From the NCBI GenBank assembly GCA_965113315.1, contig OZ220375.1: DNA of 64,000 nucleotides; one strand, given 5' to 3'. The DNA is from Podarcis vaucheri. Lineage: Eukaryota. A program made the position numbers and the translations under genes. Shown piece after piece: positions 26,845 through 56,917 of the stretch (positions are counted from its first letter, which is position 1; every line of letters starts with the position of its first letter). Below the pieces are notes generated by a model. The model was given only the letters and a program-made list of their open reading frames with translations, was not told where the DNA came from and did no database searches.

Positions 26845-28769
26845 TATAGGTCTAGCATGACCTAAAGCATTAGTTATCTATCACTGCTGTACGTAGCTCC
26901 GCTTGTTGCAGACACAAATGCAAACTTTGCTGATTGTGTGCTTGAACTAGATTCTTCTGTTTTTAAACAATTCATTAAAATGCCTTCATCCGTGACATGT
27001 TTCTTTCAGGTAACTTTTATTTTCATCATAAAAGGAAAAAAGTCACACATTCCATGAATGACATCCAGTTCTGAAGGAACAATTGGAAACATATGTAGAA
27101 GAACTCCTGAGGATGTATTATGAGGACAACACCTCAGAAGGTTTTTACCAAGGGTTTATAAAATCATTTTCACTATACAATAAATTGTCTTAGGATGGTA
27201 TCCAATTTTAGTCACACATAGAACAAGGTCAGTTAAATCAATAGACCTAGCTTGGGACTAGGTTGAAATCTGTGTTGGGGGTCTATAAATCTCAGTGGAT
27301 ATTCAACCCAGAAATAATTTTTATCTTTTGTTATCAACACCACTGAGTTTAAAGAGGATGTAGAGTTTAAGATGCAATACTTACTTGGGAGTAAGTCCCA
27401 TTGAATTAGGACTGTAGTATTAGCAGCTTCGGGATGTTTGCATGTCAATTAAAAAACCCCGCAGCATTCCTATATGTGATAACTACTTTCCAATGACAGC
27501 TATCATTTGGAAACCTCTTGTTTTAACTTTTTTCACAAGTATTACTTTTGAGACCAGAAATTATGTTATTGGGAATATTCTGGCAACATATTATGAAAGC
27601 ATCAATATTTACTAAATAACCTACATGTTACAGTGCATATTCTGATTACAAAATATGGGAAGAGTCAGTTTGCCTACTCTGAAGGACTAGCTCCCATTTG
27701 ACAAAGGTCAGTTAACAATAAAAATTACTTGCTATAAACTACAGGGATTCTGTTTTTTTGGACAATTGGGAACCTTTATTGATCTACCAGTTTTTTTAAA
27801 AAAAATCATACAAAACAGCTCATCAAGAAGATTGGACATTAGAGATCCATCTCAGTCTTCTGGATAATTCTGTACCACCCCAAAGAGATCATGTATCTTT
27901 GTGTGTTAAAAATATAAAAATAAAACCATTTTTAAAAGCTGGGAGACACAATCCCAAATTAGATTGAAAACTGCAGGATTCCTGATTTCCTAAAAGCTTT
28001 TGCCACCCAATTCAATTTGTGAATTTGTAGACAGTGGAGTATAAAAGGCAAGAGTAAGGACTACTACACTTTTCCAATACTTCATGTTTCAGACCTGAGC
28101 CTCAGTCCAAACTGAACCAGGCACGTAGGTGGGGTTTTTTGTTTTGTTTTTGTGTATAAAAAATAAAAGTAACCTAGGATATAGCATTTGGCTAGTTGCA
28201 CTCATTTCTGCAAAACTGATCCCTGCATCACCTCCTAGAACATGATAAAATCTCTAAATTTGTGGCTTGGCAGTGGAAAGAAAAGTTCATTCTTATTAAA
28301 GTGGTTTTAAAAGAGATTTTGGATTTCAGTCATTGTCGCTCCAGATTCTTTGCTCCCTCCTGGTTGGAAAGAGACAGCACCAAACATTTAGACCACTAGA
28401 AAGCAGAAAAGTACAAAGCTAACTTCACAGACAAGAAACTTTCAATTTTACCTACCTCTTCAGTCCTATTATTATCACAGAGATTAAAAAATAGCTGCAA
28501 TGGAGAACTTTTGTAAAAATACAAGGAGTATAAGCCAAATAATATATATGCCACTTATGTAATCATCACCATTCAGTATTTAGTGAGATTTTCCACTTTT
28601 TTCCAAGGGATTGCAATGAACAAGATGTGGCTTTTGAAGTGAGAATGGAGAAAAATAAGAGTGCAACCTGGTAGTAGTCCCGGCCTGGCTCGTTTTTGGC
28701 TGTAATGCCACATCTTTTATCACTTTCCCCCAGATTCTACCAAAGCCCAAACAGCCTATGGCATTAAGG

Positions 28770-28892
28770 TAGGGTTACCAGATGTCCCCGTTTCCCGGGG
28801 ACAGTCCCCGGATTTACAAATCAGCCCCCACAAAAAATCCATTGAAGATGAAAAGTGTCTCCAGATTCATTGAAAAAAATCTGGTAACCTTA
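28770..28892. mobile_element. Short hAT (Tip100-like) MITE
   Basis: TIR TAGGGTTACCAGAT...ATCTGGTAACCTTA; 8-bp flanks CATTAAGG and TGTTAAGG. Confidence 0.75.
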
Positions 28893-29226
28893 TGTTAAGG
28901 AGTTGGAAGGGATGTGAAACAAAACTCCAGAATCAGAGATCTCAGGCTGGTGTTAGCCAGGGGATTTCCCCAATGACAACAATTTCACACTGCCAACCTA
29001 GTTTTATAATATAGCAGGACAGTACAGGATTTGAAGATGTCTGCCCCTTCTGTGTATTTTCTCAACATTAGGAAGTGTTTGTGGCAGAGGTGTTGAAGAC
29101 TGACAACTACTGGTTTGAAAGCGGATTATGGACGGGTCCCTTGCCATAAGCAACCAGGCTACAAGCAGCATCAATGGCCTACTTCCTCCTCCACTCTCAT
29201 TTGGCATGATTTATCATCCTAGGGCA

Positions 29227-29578
29227 GGGGCGCGGGTGGCGCTGTGGGTTAAAACACAGAGCCTAGGACTTGCCAATCAGAAGGTCGGCGGTTCGGATCC
29301 CCGTGTCGGGGTGAGCTCCCGTTGCTCAGTCCCTGCTCCTGCCAACCTAGCAATTCGAAAGCACATCAAAGTGCAAGTAGATAAATAGGTACCGCTCTGG
29401 CGGGAAGGTAAACGGTGTTTCCGTGTGCTGCTCTGGTTCGCCAGAAGCGGCTTAGTCATGCTGGCCACATGACCCGGAAGCTGTACGCCGGCTCCCTCGG
29501 CCAATAAAGCGAGATGAGCGCCGCAACCCCAGAGTCGGTCACGACTGGACCCAATGGTCAGGGGTCTTTAAAAAAAAA
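29227..29578 (+). mobile_element. Sauria SINE, full length, A-tailed
   Basis: Highly similar to the 26506 copy; TSD ATCATC/ACTAGGGCA. Confidence 0.92.
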
Positions 29579-30563
29579 ATCATACTAGGGCAACTCATAA
29601 TAATGAGAATCCAGCCTTTGGGGTAGAAAGAGAAATCTTAGGGCTTTTAGTGCTGCTTAGTGCAACAATCAAATCTAGCTCAGTGTTCAATAGTGGCTAG
29701 CAAAGTGAGATACCACACTTGGGTGGGGAAGCCTCTGGGTATGACTGGTAGGGGTTACCTGTAGACCTGCACAAATTTACCTTAGTGTCTTGGCATGGCT
29801 TATAGCAATGCAAGTGAGAGGCACCAAAACATACTTTGTCCCAACTTCAAAGGCGTTACGAAGTCTGTCATGCAGGTATCGTGGACCATTTCATTTTGCC
29901 CAACTCCCTGGCAGGTGTTAGCTTTTAAATGGGCATTTCTTAAGTTGCCCTCTGGGGTGTGGGATCATGTTTTGGAGAAAGGGCTTTGTCTGCTGGGCTC
30001 TAAGTCTAGGACTTGTGCAGGAAGGATTAAAGGTGGAGGCAGGAAAATGGAAAACCCACCTTCAATTTCAGGCAGCCACTCGCACTGGTTTATCATTTTG
30101 TCCCTAAAGCAAAAGGGTGAGGGAAGAGGAAGACGAAAATGAGGGTTTCATTTCTCTTCCAAAGCAAAAACACTGTTGATGCTGCCTTCATGCCAAAGTG
30201 TTTCACCTCCTGTAAAACCAGTGTCCTACTTGCAGACCATCACAGTTGCTCTGGAGATGTGATGCTTTTGGGGGAATCTTGATCAAACAGTGTACAGTTT
30301 GGCTCCAAGTCTTGTTCCCTTTCATCTTTTAAAGGGCTACAAAAATTATACTCGTCCAGGGTGCCAGCCTCCCTTTCCCAGAACTCCAGTTTTAATCTAA
30401 TAGTGTCCTGCTTCCAACAGATGGGGCTAAACACCCAGGATTGAAGTGAGAAAGATTGTAGAGGTCTTGTGCTTTCCCCTCCTCTTCCTCCTGCCCTCCT
30501 CCCCGCCAGCCACCCAAAGACACACACGCACACACCGAGGAATCCAGAAGCACCAGTTTGGGG

Positions 30564-30569
30564 TTTAAT
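30564..30569 (-). terminator. Candidate FBRS polyadenylation signal ATTAAA
   Basis: About 800 nt after the stop; GU-rich tract follows on the minus strand. Confidence 0.5.
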
Positions 30570-31358
30570 TAACCAACCTGGGGAAGAAAAGGGGCACTGG
30601 ACAAGTGCATTGCACCCTCCTCACTGCACCTTTCCGATCAATTACAGAAGGAGGAAAGGGACCGGGAGGTGGAGAGGGTGCGGATACAGGTATAGAAAAG
30701 AGCAGTACAGTAAAAACAAGGGGAGCCGTGGGGGGAGGACAGGAGAAGAGGGAGAAGTCACTTTTAAAATCACAATCTCAAACCTTTTATAAATGTACAA
30801 AAAAACCTTTTCCCCCACCTGCTTGGGGCAGAATATATAAATATTTACACTGCCTGGCAGGGGGAGGTGCCCCAAGATACAGCCCTCCCCCTTCCCCTGA
30901 AAGCAGCTTTCCCATCAGTCCATTGAGGGAGAAGAACACGCCCCAGAGCCATTTCAGCCCAGCAGGAATACTGGAAGCAGACACAAAACCTGTAAGGAAG
31001 AGGGATCTGGGAAGAAACCGGGACCCCAAACCGGGGGCACACCAGCCCCTCGACTCCTGCCCTCCCTCCGCCACAAACACCTCTAAAACAGAGACACCAC
31101 ACCCCGTATCTCTTAAGCCCCAACCTGAGCTTGGAAGAGGTTCCAACTATTCATAGCTGAAGGAGGCGAAAGTCCTTCTGGGTGGGGTGGCTGGGCGCTC
31201 CTCAGGTTAAGGCAGCAGGAGGCTGCACTCTTATCCCTGCCTGACAGGAAGGGGATGGGGGGCTCAGTTTCTCTGCCCAGGGCTCCCGCTGACCCCACCA
31301 GTCCACTGGAGACAAGGGAAGCTGCTTGATACAGGTGCGCACATGTCCCAGAGCAATA

Positions 31359-48380
<17,022 letters not shown>

Positions 48381-49199
48381 GGTTCCCCCCTTGAGGTACA
48401 GAGAATGTGTCGTGTTGTGTCCTGTGGATACTGCAGACACGCAAGGAGGTGGGGGGGGGACACTCTTCACCCTTCCCCAGCCAGTTGCATTGCAGCTGCT
48501 CTCAACTGAGCCCTTGTTCTTCCACAGATGCCACTTGGAAAAGCAAGAACAAAACTCCTCTCTTCTTTTCCGTAAAAAAAGGGGTTTTGTATTTCGTGGC
48601 CAAAACAAAAAATCCTTGGCCTTTACACCTTACAGTTGTCAGCAACCTTTCCTTGATTTACATTTAGAGAGCCCACTCAACACAAGTGGATCCTTTTTGC
48701 TCTGGGAAAGTCAAAACAACTCTCCTTTCATTCAAGTTTAATTCCCTCTCAAGTGACAGGGATGGCAGCTTCTGGTTTTTTTCTGCTTTTTTTTGGTCTT
48801 TGTCTTAAAGGCAAGACCATTAAATTAAAAAGAATTAAATACTTTCAACATAGAACTCTAAGAAGTGGAAGGTGATCCAATACCTTTTTCTTCCTTTACA
48901 TAAAATCAGCCCCTGCCAGCTCACAGAGATCTCTCTCTAACATGGAGCCTCCTGTTTGGGTGGGGAAGGAAATCTGTCAAAGCACCCTCACCTTGGACAA
49001 GGGATTTACATCCCTCCAACTGCGACACAGTGTGCCTTTAAATATATATGTATATATTTGTTTGTTTGTAAAACCCAATTTTAAAACAAACCCCAGCGCA
49101 TGGCAACTTTCTTGCAGGTTGAAGGAAGCCTTTGCTTTAAGTGCCTATCTGTGTGGTTTTTTTCGGAGACAACCGCAAAACTGTCACTTTCGACTTTCC

Positions 49200-50720
49200 C
49201 TCAGGGGAATTGGGGGTTCGCCCCCGACGGAGCTGCCAGCCTGGGCAGCCTCCCCTTTAAGACTGCGGAGGTGGCTCCTGCCAACAATGGCAAGCGGCTT
49301 CCGCCCAGAGGGCAACTCACTTCCTCCGCTCGGCCGAGGGCTCCCCGCGAGGGAAGCGGCTCCGCGGGGCCATCTCTTCTTCTTCCTCTTCTGCTTTGCC
49401 GGGAAGCGACGCCTTCTTCCTCCTCCTCCTCCTCGCGAACCTCGGTCCGTGAAGAAGAGGCCTCCCGGATTCCTCCCACAGGGTGTGACCTTGCCTTTAA
49501 GGGTCCGGGTCTCTGTGTCTCAATTTCCCCTTTAAGAGTGTTCGATTTTGAGTCCGCCACACATTTCCTGCCAAAGCATGGCCTCCCCTTTAAGAATGTG
49601 GATTTAAAGTTCTCCCTTGTCAGACACCGACTCTCCCGACGACCGGAATGAAAAGCCCTCCAAGCATTGCTCTTTCCTCCTTGTCAGCTTGCGCTGCCCT
49701 TTAAGGATCCAGCGTTCAAGGTCCTCCGGAGAAACCCGAATTTCACCTTTAAGGGCCACCCCTCCCTCTCAGTCACAATGAGGGCCCGAGAAGAACTCCC
49801 CTTTAAGAGGGCCGAGCTCCCTTTAAATCCATTGACAGGCGCTGGAGGTTGGAGGGGGGGTTGTTGTCCTCCGGCGGAAAGTGCCCCCTCTTCTCGCGCC
49901 CCCCCCCAAGCTGTCCCTTTAAGAGCGCCGGCCGTTGAGGGGGCTTTTCAACTCACCCCACCTTTTCGCCTCCGTCCAGGCTCGCGGCAAGCGGCCCCGC
50001 GAGCCCCTGGCGCTGATTGGCTGCGAGGCTGGTACCCTTCGCTATCGTCGCGGCCCCCCCACAGCTGATTGGCCGAAGCGGTGAGGTGAGTAAGGATGGG
50101 GGAGGGGTGGCTGGCTGGCTGGCAGGGTCCGGCTGCAGGGAGGGAGGCGGGCTGGCGTGGCGCTCCCGTCCCCCTCGCGCCTGGGTGAGGGGCCCCTTCG
50201 GCTGGCCGTCCTTTGCCCCCTCCCCGCTCCGTCTCCGCGGCTGCCCCCCGACTCTCCCTCTCCCTCTAGCAGCCTCTGCCGGATCCCCTTCGTCTCTGCG
50301 CACGGCACGCAACTCCTCCCACAGCGTCATATCCCTCCGCCCTCTGAGTTGATGGAACCATTTAAAAAATCCCTCCGCTGGAAAAAGAAAAGGAAATAGT
50401 CCCTTCGGTTAGCCTCTGTTTCCGCCCACCCGCCCCTTGGAGACTGTTCGAGGTGGAGGGTGTTCCCTTAAACCAACACCCCCGCCTTCAGAGTCACTTC
50501 CGTCCTCCGCAGGGTGACGTCATGGTTTCACGGAGACAAACGTGATGCAATGATGTCATACTTTCTTCGCAGCAACCTCGCACGGTGATGCTATAACGCC
50601 AGCGCGTGATGTCATAGGGCTCAGCGCCACATGCCTCTGCTGTAGCAGCCCGTTGAGGACGAAGGAGAACTTGATGACGTCACAACACTACCATGTGATG
50701 CCATCCTCCCGCAATCGAAC
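49200..50720. promoter_or_regulatory. FBRS CpG-island promoter and 5' region
   Basis: CpG-rich; two CTGATTGGC (CCAAT) boxes near 50013 and 50065, ETS-like CACTTCCG, CRE sites at 50515 and 50675. Confidence 0.8.
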
Positions 50721-51889
50721 TGTTACTTTCTAAGCTCCCGCATAAAGTAGTCCTTTTGAACCCTTCATTCAGTAGAGGACTGTCTGTGTTGTCTGGCAGA
50801 ACGGCTCTGGGATTTTTTTACAGGGGTATCTCTCAGCCTTGATACTATTCCATTAGCAATAGCCCTGCACTGAATTTCAAAAGCATTTGTTTGAAAAAAT
50901 TGTTATAGACTTTGGTTAGATAAAAGAAGCTGAAACTATGATGAATCAGATATGATCAATCCTTCTGCATTGTTGTTAACTTTCACAGAAGTTTATATTG
51001 CACTGTGACTGTAGAGAATTAGAAAGGGGGGGACATTATCAACAACCTGATTTAGAGTTTAATTAAAAACTGGAGCTTGCTCAGAGGAAGACCTGCAGTA
51101 CAGTGAGGGGGAAGGAAATCAAGTCCAATTAGAAAATTTAAGAAGAAATAGAGCAGCAACTTTTGAATTTTTGAATTGCTATTACACAGCACAAATTCAT
51201 TTCCTGTCATTCAGGGTAGATCCAAACTAACAACTTCAAATTACAAGGGGATTCCAATTAAACATTATAAAGAACTTACTGATGATATGAGCTGTTTTAA
51301 CCACAGTGGATGGAGCAGTCGCAGATTTTGTATAACTGCTGACTAAAGGTGTTTTGAGGTCCCTTCTATTATTCTAGATGCATACTTGTGTTTAGATAAC
51401 CTAAGTCTTTGTGGTCCTTTTGCTTTATACCTTGAAGACAAAGTCGCTGAACTCTGGAAGGACTTCGTTGTTGCAGTCTGTTGAGGTGCCCAATGCCATG
51501 CATGTCTAAACTGGTGTAGGATCAATTTCAGATGATGTGGCCTATGTGGGCAGGGTGCTTGCAGCAATGAGTCTAACTACCATATGTGCTCTCTTGCTCC
51601 TCGCCCTCATTTGCTAATAAAAACGAGCAGAAAATATGTGAGTGGGCAGGTTCAGAATGTAGTTAATGCAGGTCTGTTTAAGAGGGTGGTCTCCAGTGTT
51701 CTCAACAAGGCAAGGGCACCCTGGACCCTCTGATGCAGAGTAACTACCAACCAGTTGTGTATTATTAGTAAGGTGCCTAGAGAAGGTTGTAGCATAACAA
51801 CTGCAGGCATTCCTCTCCCCAACACTAGAACTTGTGGATCTCCAAAGAAACTGAATATTAAAACTTTATTCTCAGACCCTGCAGTCACT

Positions 51890-53870
51890 GAAGACCTTAT
51901 TTGTATGTCTTCTGCACAAGAGGTCCAGAGGGTGGCAACACAAGAATGGGCCTTTTTTACAGTGGTTTCCCATTTGTGGAATGCTCTCCTCAGGGAGGCT
52001 TGCTTGGCACCTTCATTACGTATCTTCAGGCAACAGGAAAAAACTTTCCTCTATAACCAGGCCTTTGGCCTTTTAACTCAGTGTTTCCCAACCGGTGTTC
52101 CGCGGCACACTAGTGTGCCGCGAGACGTTGCCTGGTGTGCCGTGGGAGGGAGGCGGGTGAGTCGGGCGGCGAGAGGCGGGGCGGCGGCGGCGAGGATCCG
52201 CGTCGAGCCGGGGGCGGCTCCGCGGTGGTGGTGCCGAGGTTTCTCTCTCCATTCTCCCCTCACACACACACAGAGGAAATAACACAGGATCAGCTGACAG
52301 GACCCGGCCAATGGGGCGGCAGCGGGGCAGCGCACGCAAAAGGGAGGAGCGTGAGACGACGGCGGCGCAGGGCGGGAGGGCGGCGCATTGCGCGTGCTCA
52401 AACCCGCCCTCCGAGGCGCAGAGGGGAGCTGGGCAAGCGCCTTCTTCAACCACGCGCTCGTTTAAAGAGGCAGCGCCCGGGCGGAACAGAACTCTGTGCC
52501 TCTCGCCTAGGGATGAAGGCGGGCACCGGCTTAAGCCAGTAGTAGCCTAATAATGCATTAACTTCTGTGGGACTTCCAAGTAAACACAGTAGCCCAGCGC
52601 CTCCCTCCCCAAAAGGAAGGGGAATTACAGCAGCGCAGGCGACTCCTGCATCTCCCCGATATTTAAGGCTGCCATCCCTCGTGCACACTTACGCGGGAGC
52701 AAAACCCCGTGAACAAACTAGGGCTTACTCCAGAGTAAATACGGGTAGGATCTGGCTGTAGTTGTACAAGAAGAAGCAATTGATAACATTTTCTATCTCG
52801 CGCTTCAGCCGGAAATGCTGCTACCACAGTTTCCAGCCCCTATTGCTTCCCTTTCACTATATTATCTCCCCTTCCCACCCCCCACCCCGCTGGCCCGCCA
52901 AGGGATGGGGGGTTGTGAGCAGAATCATAACGGGTTCAGTCAGAGGCAACGGCTTGAGTTGTCCAGATCACGGCTGGCACCAAAGGGTGGCGAGGTCTGG
53001 CCCGCCATCCTAACCCACTCCTGGTTCTCCTATAGGTGGCACTCAAGAAAATTAGAATTTGGAGGCAGCCCAAAAGAGTTCTTCCTGCCTTTTCCAGGTG
53101 AGGGGGGGCACTGCCTAGAACCCACTCTGTTTAAATTTCTCGTCTCCTGTCTCACCAGCTGCTGCTGAAACACGAATGTTTACTCATTTTTTAAAAAAGC
53201 ATTAAAATGCCTAAGCAAACAGAGGCCCTTACCAATAATATCAGGTTCCTAGCTGTATAGCAGTGGCAAGATCCCAGGGCAATGTGTCTCCTATTAAAAC
53301 AACACTGTGATAAGCAACACCCTGCTATGAAGCCATAAAAAAGGTAAGACAAATCCTCAATGCAGGCTCATTATTAATCCAGCTTTTCAACCTCCCCACT
53401 GGATACCACATACTTAACCAAGTCCCTTCTACACATGCAGCAGAGTAAGTTGACCCCGAATAGTACCAATTCAGATGACAGATGGGAGAATGACAGTGCT
53501 GAATGCTTTCCCATGTAGAACAGTCCCTGCAAATAAAAACCTAGCATATTTGGAAGAGGGATGCTAGCCTAACCATTACCTTCTATGCTGTTACTATTTT
53601 TTTATTTTTTTTTTACATAAGTAAAAAGTGACCTTTCCCCATCTGGCATGGTGGTGTGCCTCGAGATTTTTTTCATGAAACAAGTGTGCCTTTGCCCAAA
53701 AAAGGTTGGGAAACACTGTTTTAACTATTTGTGGCCTTTTAGAAGTGGATGGGATGTTTTTAATGTATTCCCTTTTCCTCTTGGTTTTAATGTATGTATG
53801 TGAGGTCTTCTCTCTTGTTTGGTTGTAAGTTGCTTTGAGTTGCCCTGGGCAAGATAAAGCAATTAACAAA
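51890..53870 (+). mobile_element. L2 3' fragment interrupted by a hAT insertion
   Basis: WAFFTVVSHLWNALL-like L2 ORF2 end before 52078; L2-like UTR resumes after 53726. Confidence 0.65.
52079..53718. mobile_element. Non-autonomous hAT element, 1,640 bp, same family as 25450-25963
   Basis: TIR CAGTGTTTCCCAACC, perfect 8-bp TSD TTTTAACT (52071-52078 and 53719-53726). Confidence 0.92.
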
Positions 53871-53969
53871 GTCACCAAACAATGACGATGACAGACAAAT
53901 GGAAATACTTCTTCACACAGCACATAAACTATGGAATTCGCTCCCATAAGAGGAATTCAGTCTCCCATT

Positions 53970-54360
53970 GTGAGACTGAATCAGCCTTGGTAGCCCCGAT
54001 GGAGAACTTCTACTGAGAGCAAGGCACAGGGAGTATAACCATTCTCCTTCTTCTGAAGCTCTTGGAGGCTTTTTATATCATTGACCATGACATTCTCCTG
54101 GACCAACTCTTGTGAGCTGGGTATTGGAGGGACTGCACTGCAGTGATTCTGATCCTATCTGCAGGTTTAGGTCCAGTTGAAAAGATACTCATTGGTGCCA
54201 CAGTGGTTTTACATTATGGTGCACCACAAGACACCACTTTATCACCAATGTCTTTTTACCATACGTATAAAGTTGCTAGGAATTTTGAACAGGATGTCAT
54301 CAGTATGCCAACATTCCGCTCTACTTCTTTTATACATCTCATTCAGGTTAGGCTGTACAC
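53970..54360 (+). mobile_element. Degenerate L2 RT fragment
   Basis: TESALV...LLLL.L..AF.IIDHDILLD remnants. Confidence 0.6.
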
Positions 54361-56035
54361 ACCCTGGACCAGTGGACTGAATGAATCGCAGTAAGACCGG
54401 GGACTGTGGTTGAGTGGTTCCCAAGTCCAGGAGGCAAATTGTCTGTTCCAGACTCTCCCTTGGATGGTTTGCATCTTGAAGGTGCTCCTGGATCCGTTTG
54501 GTCTCAATGACCAGGAACTCCATCTATAAACCTTTGTCTGGGAGGACAATTCCTGGATTGGGATAGCTTGGCCAATGTGTGTCAGATGTTTGTAAGCTCA
54601 ACATTATACAATACAGTGATGCATCCTAGGCAAGGCTTTGATTGGGTTTGGTCCAGCAGCTGGGACTACTAAGGGTGCCACATTCTGCTTGCCTTGTTTC
54701 TTCTACAAGAGGGCATTTAATGTGTCTGCACCTAGGTTCTGTAACTCCCTATTACCATGAAGCAAACACCACAAGTACTTTGTTTCAGATGCCCACTTAA
54801 GCCTCTTCTGCTTGCTTTTCCAATGCGTTGTTCAGCCAATAATTTATTGCGTATCACCATCCAGATTTGGGATAAGTTTTGTGTGCTCTTTTATGGGTAT
54901 GTTCACAGCCCAGGTCCTTTGTATACTGTGCAATATTAAAACCTGTAAATTAATAAAAGCAGGCAGGACTGAGAGGAAGAGAAGTCTGAGATACACAGCG
55001 GAGCAAGGTTAGCGAAAAATGCAACCATCCCCACCCAGAAAAGCACCTGACGGCAAGGCCTGCCAGATGACCCTGTAGCAAAGGTAATAAAAAAATACTG
55101 AACAGAAGCAAAAGTACAGAATGAATGTAGCCAACCTAAGCCTTGAAGAAAGAGTTTGTTTCACCCACAACAGTATGGAGGGAAGGTGTACCATGTTTAT
55201 TTAACAAGTTTTATATAGCATCAAAACCTCTAAGCAGTTTACATAACTATAGACAGGGGGACCTTTCTCCTGATGCACGTGTGGAGCAGCAGAACTTTTG
55301 TCAGGGCTTCAGAGTTTTGCAAACTTTGACCAGAGCCTACTGTACTGGGATAAAAGCTGCTCAATACATCCTAAGCAGTTAACTAACAAGAAAAGGCATT
55401 TTCCAGTAGACAAACGGACCAAAGAAAAGCCTGCGAGAGTGAATAGGATGGAAATGTCTCCACTCCCACGCAAAACCTGTTAATTTGATAAAATGAGATG
55501 TTACTGTTGCAGTACTAACCATGAGGAATCAATCAGACACACTGTCTTTTCCTGTAACGAACAACAGAGTGAATTTCACCAATGTCAACTCGAGACTATG
55601 GTAGTTTTGAAGGTGAACGTACCACCTAAAAACAGATTTTAAACTGGGCACAAATTTGAATTTGCAGAAAATGCACCGCAGACTTCACAAATCCACATAT
55701 TTTGTTAGTTGTTGTAGCCTCTTATACATGTACAATTGTCGTACAACCAGGTGCAGTTCGCTCGAATTCTTTCTTGCCATTTGATCCCGCATCACAGCAA
55801 TTTTGCTTTTTGCCATAGCCAACGCACCTACCACCATTCCTGGTAGGAGGCAACATTGTCTGGGGATATATGATCCACCGCTTGCTATGGATTTTCATTT
55901 TCTGGTCGCTATGCCCTTGTTCCAAGGCAAAATTATTTATTGCAGTCTCCCTTAAAGCTGCATTCAGGGTCCCACCAAGGCCAGTTAAGGAGCAACTGGC
56001 AATATGTGGTTTTTTCCTCCCCCCAAGATACAAAG

Positions 56036-56041
56036 TTTATT
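56036..56041 (-). terminator. Candidate PRR14 polyadenylation signal AATAAA (second candidate at 55196-55201)
   Basis: AATAAA on the minus strand downstream of the stop at 56918. Confidence 0.45.
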
Positions 56042-56917
56042 AGAAATATAGATTAATAAAAAATGAAGACCAAAAACACATCATTCCTAACAAAACAGTT
56101 GATCCAAGCTAGGAACACCCAGAGGCTTTGATCCAGAGATGCAAAGGCATTCTCTCAGGATTCCCAGCTGCCCATCCACTGTCTGTGCTTAAATAGGTGG
56201 ACACGTCCCCATTGCCCAGCCTATTCCTACATCATCTCTTCCTCCACATCACCCCCTGTGCCATAACAAAAACCTGCTCCTACTGATTCTTTCACACAGT
56301 CCCTTTTTTCTTTCTCCTTCCCATCCAACAGGCACGTCGGTTCTGCATTCCTATTTGGTTTGATGGCAATGGTCGCTCCAGAAAAGGCAACTAGGCCCTC
56401 ACTTGGCTAGGCCCATTCCTTGCTGGCTTAAGTCTCTCACAGAAGGCATAACAGCGCTGGGCACTAGGTGCTCCTCCCATGCGCGGCACTGGTGGTCTGA
56501 CTGGGCGCAGGAGGAAGAGTGCAGAGGGCGGGCAACTCTGGGGCACCACAAACATTCTTCCCCTTCCACTCGCGAGCCAAAGAGCCAAGCAAAAGGGGAC
56601 TTGTGCGGTGCCAGAGCAGGCACCATGCTGGCTGGGCCAGGTGGCACAGATAGGCACCCAGGCACTATTTTCAAATCAGCAGAGCTTGTGGCTCGGAGGC
56701 TGATCAAGGGAGGAGGAGGCAACAGGCACAGAAGGCCGGTTTGATGGGGAAGTGGAGAATAAACAGCACCACAGGAGAAACTTGGAGTGGTATTGGTGAC
56801 TTTGGTAGAGTTTTTTAAAAAAACAACAACACCAGCAACCTCTTTTGCTAGTTAAACAGAGGAAGTGATCTTGGGCTCCTCGGGGTACTGCCCTTTCCTC
56901 TAGCCTCTGCTCAAATC

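Noticed and set aside
48381-48608. In-frame open extension upstream of the FBRS ATG
   Set aside because: Non-ATG start, UTR-like composition, and the ATG at 48380 has a strong Kozak context and matches the known N-terminus
53955-53981. Perfect 10-bp hairpin attcagtctc...gagactgaat
   Set aside because: Lies at a junction of LINE fragments; most likely an insertion or template-switch scar
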